From Eledone cirrhosa (lineage: Eukaryota), in NCBI GenBank assembly GCA_964016885.1, contig OZ024740.1, forward strand, positions 239,692,001-239,756,000: a DNA stretch of 64,000 nt, given 5' to 3'. Position numbers and translations under genes: made by a program. How positions within the stretch are numbered: position 1 is the first letter of the stretch; each line of letters begins with the position of its first letter. This document shows positions 54,224-64,000 of this stretch, in pieces. A model generated the notes under the pieces. The model was not told the origin of the DNA, made no database searches, and saw only the letters and a list, made by a program, of their open reading frames with translations.

Positions 54224-55299
54224 GGAAGTCGCTCAGCAGTATCGCAGTGAATCCATGGATGAAAAACTGCATGCTTATCAGCAAAAAATCATGCATGGCT
54301 ATGTTGCCAGGAAGCTCCAGAGTGAGAGTAATATAGATAAGCAAAGTAGTCTATCTTGGACAAACAACCGCTATATTGGCTCCCACTTTGAAGGATACGC
54401 TTTTGCAATCCAAGAACAGGAAATTAACACGAAATACCTGATTCACAAAAGAGATAGGGATGCAGGCAAAACACCAAGATGTGATAACAAGTGCAGACTC
54501 TGCAGAATTAACATCCAAGATATCAACCATGTCATCAGCAGCTGTCCCAAAGATGTCATCGCGGTACTATCTACCTATGAGGCATGATGTAGTGGCCAAA
54601 ACACTGTACAATGCAATCCGTAGAAAAGATAGCCCCGATAATATACACATCAAAAACTAGCGTAATGTGGAAGACATCATATACATAATATGAAAGAGTA
54701 CTGGAGAAATGTTCTAGTTAAAACCCCAATAAAATGCAGACATAACAGACCAGATATTATGATATGGGACAGGGAAAAGAAAGCATGCACAGTAGTGGAA
54801 ATTAGCTGCCCGGCAGATGCCAATATAATATCACAGATTAGTGAAAAGGAGAATATTTATGCAGAACTGATGAGAAATCTGCAGATTCTCCACCCTGATT
54901 ATACCTTCAGATTTATGCCTGTGATTATTGGGGCACTGGGGTATGTTAGTAACTGCCTCAATACAAATCTTGAGAAGCTAGGCTTCACAGGAACAGAAAG
55001 AACACAACTAGTTAGGAAATTGAAAGTACAATTCATTAATGGAACAGTAAAATTATGTAAAACATTCCAAACATTTTGCATCTAATAACTGCATATACAC
55101 ATGTACAGATACAAAGCACATGCACACATACAACTCAAAACATACACATCCACACATACAATAACATCCATATCTACACATGCATGCATTCATACATAAT
55201 GTACCTAGTTGATGTTGTGTAAATTCCAATGAGAGAGTCTATGTTAGAAACCGACTCTCTCTATTGGTAAAAATTTGTGAAATTATAAAACCAGAAGAA
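54224..55299 (+). mobile_element. 5'-truncated copy of the R4/Dong-type element within (CATA)n
   Basis: ORFs 54210-55085 are nearly identical to 46130-46984, with the same 3' end CCAGAAGAA|CATA. Confidence 0.9.
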
Positions 55300-55390
55300 C
55301 ATACATACATACATGCATACATACATACATACATACATACATACATACATACATACATACATACATACATACATACATACATACATACAT

Positions 55391-56154
55391 GGTGGCTGCC
55401 AACTCGTTTTTTGAATTCGGCCACTACTTTATATCCATGTAGGAGAAGCCCTACCGATGCGCTGAACGAGTGTGACTTTTTAGTCCAGCCAGCGACTTGA
55501 AAACTCTGGTACAAACATTACATTTGTGACAATTATTGACACATAGTGCTGGGCCCATGGTACCATGTGATGACAAGTGCAGAGAGATCTCTAGATATAA
55601 AGCAATGCCTGTGCTGTGAAGCTTTTATAGTGAGCAAAGGCACTGCACAAAGCCAGTCCCACTCTCTTAACCAAGATAGTATTTATCAAAAAAAGAACAA
55701 GTCAACATCATTGGATACCATCAGAGTTGCAGGTGTTATATCAGAGTTTTCTTTCTCCTAGAATTCTGCCTTGACAAAGGCTAAGAGGTCATCTCTCCTG
55801 GTGATTTTGGATGGCCATTGACTCTTAAGAGCTCCTTTGCCCTTTGACAGGTTTTGTTTTTAGTCCTGCAGGATGTCCAAAGTCACCCTCCTCACCAAGA
55901 AACCTTGGTGGGGTTGCCAGTTTAGACGCCAACGACCCGACCATGAGACAGGTTGTACTGGGATACAAAGTCACCCTCCTCACCAAGGTTTCTTGGTGAG
56001 GAGGGTGACTTTGGACATCCTACAGGTTTAAAAACAAAACCTGTCAAAGGGCAAAGGAGCTCTTAAGAGTCAAAGGCCATCCAAAATCAACGGGAGAGAT
56101 GACCCCTTGTTGTACTGGGATACATGGTACTAGTAGCACCAACTGGTGACCTGA
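55391..56154. mobile_element. Element X copy 1, with an internal inverted duplication at ~55968-56108
   Basis: GGTGGCTGCCAACTCG...AACTGGTGACCTGA, flanked by (CATA)n. Confidence 0.8.
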
Positions 56155-56249
56155 CATACATACATACATACATACATACATACATACATACATACATGCA
56201 TGCATGCATGCATACATACATACATACATACATACATACATACATACAT

Positions 56250-56853
56250 GGTGGCTGCCAACTCGTTTTCGAGTACGGCCACTACTTTATATCCATGTAG
56301 AACCCCTACCAATGCGCTGAACGAATGTGACTTTTTAGTCCAGCCAGCGACTTGAAAACTCTGGTACAAACACTACACTTGTGACAATTATTGACACATA
56401 GAGCTGGGCCCATGGTACCATGTGATGACAAGTGCAGAGAGATCTCCAGATATAAAGCAATGCCTGTGCCGTGAAGCTTTTATAGTGAGCAAAGGCACTG
56501 CACAAAGCCAGTCCCACTCTCTTAACCAAGATGATATTTACCAAAAAGAAGAACAAGTCAACATCATTGGATACCATCAGGGTTGCAGGTGTTATATCAG
56601 AGTTTTCCTTCTCCTAGAATTCTGCCTTGACAAAGGCTAAGGGGTCATCTCTCCCGGTGATTTTGGATGGCTATTGACTCTTAAGAGCCCCTTTGCCTTT
56701 TGACAGGTTTTGTTTTTAGTCCTGCAGGATGTCCAAAGTCACCCTCCTCACCAAGAAACCTTGGTGGGGTTGCCAGTTTAGTCGCCAACGACCCGACCAT
56801 GAGACAGGTTGTACTGGGATACATGTTACCAGTAGCACCAACTGGTGACCTGA
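56250..56853. mobile_element. Element X copy 2
   Basis: Highly similar to copy 1 and flanked by (CATA)n. Confidence 0.8.
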
Positions 56854-57159
56854 CACAATACATACATACATACATACATACATACATACATACATACATA
56901 CATACATACATACATACATACATACATACATACATACATACATACATCACATGTACACAAACATATGCATGTATGAATAAACATATAAATAAATAAACTC
57001 AAATTCAGTCGAGCTAGATGTTGAAAGCTATAAAATAACTTGAGCAGGAACAAGCATATAAAAACCTCGGTATAAATGAAGGCTCCGGCATTCAGCATGG
57101 AAACATGAAAGAGGAAATAAGGAAGGAATTTAAGTGAAAGTATGAGCAGATCTGAAATC

Positions 57160-58935
57160 TGAGTTAAATGCATATAACCAGGTGTTAACCATAAATTCCT
57201 TTGTGTTTCCAGTTGTTTACTACAGCTTCAACGTATTGAACTGGAATATTAGTGAAATAAAGAGAACTGGCACAAAACTTCATACGTTGCACGACCCAAA
57301 GGCAGATGTAGATCGTCTTAACCTTCCAAGAACTCAAGGAGGCAGAGCCTCGATTCAGTTTAAAATGTCTTACAAAACTACCACAATTGGTCTGGCCAAA
57401 TATCTTGGAGTAAAACACGACTGATACTGAAACGTTTAAAAAACATCAGAGGTGTAAGAGGCTTCTGTTGATCTTGAGAGAGAGCAAACATTTTGCTAGT
57501 GATCTCATGACTAATATCCAGGCTGGATAGACCGAGCGAACTCTGGCAACTATTGTTGCAAAGCAAGTGAAATTAGGGTCTAAGAAAAAAGGGCGGGAAC
57601 AATTAACATCGATATGAGAGCAAACCTCCGCATGGCGAATATGTAGACCGCAGCAAACAAGCTGATATTGATCAGTAGCACACCCATCAGTGGCTACGTA
57701 GCTCAGGACTAAAAGCAGAGAGCGAAGGCTTCATCTTAGCAGTCCAAGATCAAAGCTTATTAATTCAGAACTATTAAACTAATATGATGATAAATGGAGT
57801 AGAACCAAAGTTCTGATTCTATAATGATGCTATTGAAACAGTGGATCACTTAATCTCTGGATGTAAAGTTTTAGCACCAGTAGTGTACAAATCTAGACAT
57901 GACAGATTTGGCCAATATCTACACTAGTTAATATGTCGGCATTATGAAATCAAAACTGCTGATGAATGGTATACGCATCACCCTGAGGCTGTAACTGAGG
58001 GAGAAAATATAACGATTCTTTGGGACTTTCCTGTACATACATACAGAACCATCAAAACTAATAGACCGGATATTGTTATAATAGACAAAAACGAGGGCGG
58101 TGGATTGGCAGTTTCGGTAGAGGGTCGGACGCCATGCTTTGCAGCATAGAGTTGCAGCGGCTCTTTATGATCTGAGTTCAAATCCCGCCGAAATTAACTT
58201 TGCCTTTCATCCTTACGGGGTCTATAAAATAAAGTACCAGTCACGCATGGGGTCGATTAAATCGATCTAATCGACCCCCCCCCCTCCCTCAAATTGCTGG
58301 CCTTGTACCTATATAAGAGACCATTATAATAGACCAAAACAAAGTATGTTTGTGAATTGATATGAGCATCCAATGTGATCACAATATTGCGGCAAAAGAA
58401 TTTGACAAGATCAGAAAATATGAATACTTGCTGATTGAAATTTAAAAAAAATCTGGCATCTCAAGGTGTTTAGAATACCAATGGTTGTAGGAACACTATG
58501 AATGGTAAAAAAAGGAACAGAAAATTATTTTAGAATGATACCTGGCTTGCTTTCATTGCAAGAAGTGTAAAAAATATTAGTTTAACTATTACGTATTGAA
58601 AACGACACTATTGCTGTGAGAAAGATAATCATCTATGTACATTTTCTTACTTAACTTTATCAGATTATATTCCATAGTTATGTAAGTTGTAAATAATTTA
58701 ACACTCATATGATTAAATATCCTTCTTTTGTAAATGATAATGTGCACCTGATATAATTGTAACTGTGTAAAGTGCGTTACGTGAACTATCTGGTTTGTTT
58801 ATTTTGTGGCTTATCAATGTATGAAGTGAGTTTCTCTGTCGTAGGTGTCTGGAATACACTCGGCAAAAATGGAAACCAAACTGAAGGATGAGGAAAAACA
58901 CAAACAATAACAACAACAATAATAATAATAACAAT
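57160..58935 (+). mobile_element. Degraded second R4/Dong-type family (RT thumb, CCHC, RLE, 3' UTR ending in (CAA/TAA)n)
   Basis: DPKADVDRLNLPRTQGGR, WLRSSGLKAESEGFILAVQDQ, ETVDHLISGC, RHD, ILWDFPVHT, NRPDIVIID. Many stops. Confidence 0.8.
58093..58323 (+). mobile_element. Full-length tRNA-derived SINE with a 17-bp TSD
   Basis: TTATAATAGACAAAAAC (58076-58092) and TTATAATAGACCAAAAC (58324-58340). Confidence 0.9.
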
Positions 58936-59089
58936 TTCCTACTAAGAAAACACATACATAAGTCCGCGTAACATATTCTGTGAAGCCACGAAACGAGCGA
59001 AACGTAAATGAAATATGAAACTGACCAGTAATGTTTTATTAGAACATTTTTACAATATAAACCTAATTGTAATAATAAATAATTTAATA

Positions 59090-60251
59090 ATTGTTTCTAT
59101 TTTAGGCACAAGGCCAGAAAATACCCAGAACATTACTGGTACTTTATTTTGTCGACCCCGTAAGGATGAAAGGCAAAGTTAACCTCGGCGGGATTTGAAC
59201 TCAGATCATAATGGGACGTAACTCTATGCTTCAAAGCATGGTGTCCGACTCTCTACCGATACTGCCAATCCACCGCCCTTATATATATAATATATCATTT
59301 AATAATCATATAATATATCATTTAATAATAATATGCATTTTGGCCTAGCATTGTTGCATTCCATAAGTGTGTTTACATCTGCAGACGGTAGGCAGACTGG
59401 TTTTATCAGGATTTTAAGTTAACGAAATATACCGTAATTACAGCAGATATCCACTGTGATAATTATATTGAACTGACGGTAAATAATATCGTTCTAGCTC
59501 ATATAAGAAATGTTGGTGTGGTATACTGATTCAGCAATAATGTTTTTTTAATGAATTTCGGTCTGGCTGCCAATTGGCAGAGACATCAAAACATCAAATA
59601 GAGTAGTTTGTGGAATCTTTTCTGGCTCGCTCTGCTCTGATTTCAAATTCCGCCGAGGTCAATTGTGCTTTACATTATTTCAGAGTTGAATAAAATAGTG
59701 GTTTCTGATTTAGGCACGAGGCCAACAAGAAAGTCGATTAAATCGACCCCAGCGAGTTACTGGTACTTTATATTATCAACATTTCAAGGATGAAAGGCAA
59801 AGTTAACCTCGGTGGGATTTGAACTCAGACCATAAAGGGACGTAACTATAAGCCACGAAGTATGATGTCCGATGCTCTATCGATATTGCCAATCCGCCGT
59901 TGATAAATAAAATAATTGTTTCTATTTTAGGCACAAGGCCAGCAATTACCCAGCAATTACCCAGAAATCATCAGCAGACCGTTGACTCGCCACAGAAGTG
60001 AAACGGCTCAGTAACCGTGAAGAAATGTAGCTTTATTTTTCTCTGTAAAAATATATATTATGAAATAACATAATTGTTTCAACTTTTGGCACAAGGCCAT
60101 TAATTACCCAGTACATTACTGGTACTTTATTTTATCGACCCCGTAAGGATGAAAGGCAAAGTTAACCTCGGCGGGATTTGAACTCAGATCATAAAGGGAC
60201 GTAACTCTTTGCTTCAAAGCATGGTGTCCGACTCTCTACCGATACTGCCAA
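59090..60251 (-). mobile_element. Cluster of tRNA-derived SINE copies (59090-59278, 59700-59900, 60072-60251 and fragments)
   Basis: Consensus A/B boxes, core and tail on the minus strand. Confidence 0.85.
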
Positions 60252-60414
60252 TAATGATCCAGTCCTAGGGCCAATTCTCTCTCTCTTTCTTCCTCTTTTT
60301 TACTATCCCGCTCTCTTTCTCTCCCCCTTCTCTTTCTGGCACACACATATGCATACATACATTTACACATATATAAATAGATACATACATACATGCATAC
60401 ATACATGCATACCT

Positions 60415-60499
<85 letters not shown>

Positions 60500-60532
60500 T
60501 AAATAGATACATACACACATACATGCATACCT

Positions 60533-60564
<32 letters not shown>

Positions 60565-60628
60565 GTAACTTATATATTATATTATGGAATACTGCTGGCT
60601 TTTCGCTACAATGTTTTCTATACCTTTC

Positions 60629-60699
<71 letters not shown>

Positions 60700-60700
<1 letters not shown>

Positions 60701-60916
60701 TCTAGAAATAGATTGACACATATATATATATAAAATAAACACAACACATGAAACAATCTCAGGGAATAATTTGTAAAGTGTGTAAGCACACATAGCTAGG
60801 TAGGTAACCAATTAAAGTTTAACTAGAGCTTCAAATATAGGTACCTTTTAAAATGATTAATGAGATTGTTTCATGTGTTTATTTTATATATATATAAGTG
60901 TCAATCTATTTCTAGT
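60700..60916. repeat. Short inverted repeat with ~55-bp arms in a TA-flanked remnant
   Basis: CTAGAAATAGATTGACAC...CATGAAACAATCTC versus GAGATTGTTTCATG...GTGTCAATCTATTTCTAG. Confidence 0.7.
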
Positions 60917-61014
60917 TGATATAAAATGATCAGAACTATTCATTGGAATCTTTGAACTTATTCTACAGTGAATATGGCGCATGTCTCTCAGACATGACAA
61001 CCTTAATTTAATTT

Positions 61015-61064
<50 letters not shown>

Positions 61065-61195
61065 GATAAATCTACCAAGAGTTTACGGTAGTGTCCAATC
61101 CGTATGAAGAACTCAATGTATTCCGGATATCATGGAAAGAAGAGATGTAATGAAAATCCACTTTCGGTGAAAGATAAACGGTATACTGAGTCAAG

Positions 61196-61587
61196 ATAAA
61201 ATATTAAACAAATAATGAAAAACAATTCCTTATATTAAACAAAAAAAGTTCATTATTTAACGATCGTTTCTAGGGTATATATGTGTTATAATTGGTATGC
61301 ATATTCAACAGATCTATGTACAAAATTATACAAAATTATACAAATTATCAAGATTAAATATACATACCTAACACATATATACGCCGTCTTCAGAAATAAT
61401 GAAGACGGCGTATATATGTGTTAGGTATGTATATTTAATCTTGATAATTTGTATAATTTTGTATAATTTTGTACATAGATCTGTTGAATATGCATACCAA
61501 TTATAACACATATATACCCTAGAAACGATCGTTAAATAATGAACTTTTTTTGTTTAATATAAGGAATTGTTTTTCATTATTTGTTTA

Positions 61588-61596
<9 letters not shown>
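61196..61596. repeat. Palindrome with 197-bp arms and a 7-nt spacer
   Basis: 61196-61392 is the reverse complement of 61400-61596. Confidence 0.92.
61253..61399 (-). ncRNA. Hammerhead with a greatly extended stem II
   Basis: Minus strand TTATTT-CTGAAGA-CGGCGTATATATGTGTTA...TAACACATATATACCCTA-GAAA-CGATCG-TT-AAATAA. Confidence 0.7.
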
Positions 61597-61631
<35 letters not shown>

Positions 61632-61638
<7 letters not shown>

Positions 61639-61722
61639 ATACTTTGCCAATAAGAAACACTCGCACCAGTTGCTTTCACTTCAATTTATTGTAAAGAATC
61701 TTGCTAAACAAATTCAGAAACG

Positions 61723-61724
<2 letters not shown>
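61632..61724 (+). mobile_element. ~90-bp remnant of the element G family (inverted piece plus terminal 3' end) in (TA)n
   Basis: Inverted match to ~35178-35250, followed by AGAATCTTGCTAAACAAATTCAGAAACGA as at 35274-35303. Confidence 0.8.
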
Positions 61725-61753
<29 letters not shown>

Positions 61754-61836
61754 CGTTATTCCGGGTTGAAACGGAGGTAACCACAGTAAGTAAGGTACTC
61801 AATACATAGCAGAGTATAACAGTTTTAATATAGATG

Positions 61837-61887
61837 AGATTCTACAGGACTAGAACTGTTTCATTCATAAGAAATCATCAGGAATCT
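61837..61887 (-). ncRNA. Type I hammerhead ribozyme
   Basis: Minus strand AGATTC-CTGATGA-TTTC ttat GAAT-GAAA-CAG..CTG-TA-GAATCT. Confidence 0.75.
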
Positions 61888-62399
61888 GGGTATCAAAAAA
61901 TAAATATGGTATTTATAGGTCTCTACAAGTGGTAGGAGAGGGTGGGGAGTGGGATGGGTGCAGGTCATTGGTTGATAGAAAAGGGAATTCATTAAAAGCT
62001 AATTCTACAAAGCTATAATTTATTTTTATTTTTATTTATATTTATTTATGTTTTTAGAGTATCAAAGGCAGACAGAATTCTATAAACAGGTTCCGGATGG
62101 CATACCATTCCTTGTCAATAAGTTTCTCTTAAGCTAACAGGTGTCTATAAAATCAGTGGGGGGGTCAGTCATGGTCGATAGAATTAAAGAAAAGGGAGAT
62201 TCTTTAAAAGCTAAAGTCATTAAGGTTCTACTAAGTGACAAAGGTCTAGAGAATTCTGCAGACAGATTCAAAATACTGAGTGCATATCTTACTATTATCT
62301 TCGAACTTCTCTTAAACTAATCAACTATATGCCAAAAATCAACAGACACATTCACAAAAAACAAAAAAACAAAAAAACAAAAAAACAAAAAAACACATA

Positions 62400-64000
<1,601 letters not shown>

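Noticed and set aside
55391-55480. HDV-like ribozyme at either end of element X
   Set aside because: Some P1/P2-like pairings exist, but there is no proper P3/L3 and the pairings are not conserved across the three copies.
58093-58190. tRNA genes
   Set aside because: The A/B boxes belong to SINE heads with expanded spacing and no complete cloverleaf.

Overview
AT-rich, microsatellite-dense eukaryotic DNA. The repeat content suggests an animal, plausibly an octopus or other mollusc (inference only). No host gene can be supported. The window is almost entirely transposable elements. It holds at least six large Penelope-like retroelements (RT plus GIY-YIG, pseudo-LTRs, inverted 5' arms) and many tiny fold-back remnants sitting in (TA)n tracts. 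About 20 minimal type-I hammerhead ribozyme motifs from more than 10 sequence families lie in the pLTRs, including U3-A8 covariant cores. There is one near-full-length R4/Dong-type RLE non-LTR retrotransposon and two 3' fragments, all ending at (CATA)n, plus a second degraded R4-type family. An array of ~600-bp non-coding elements lies inside one (CATA)n tract. Also present are many tRNA-derived SINEs, a Helitron-like insertion, a TTAA MITE and a hAT transposase relic. The most striking single observation is a Neptune-like PLE (12630-19540, minus) with a 400-codon coiled-coil ORF1. ORF1 joins the AUG-less RT-EN ORF through a canonical U_UUU_UUA slippery site and a downstream hairpin, i.e. a gag-pol-like -1 ribosomal frameshift. 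All coordinates were read by eye and element boundaries are approximate.
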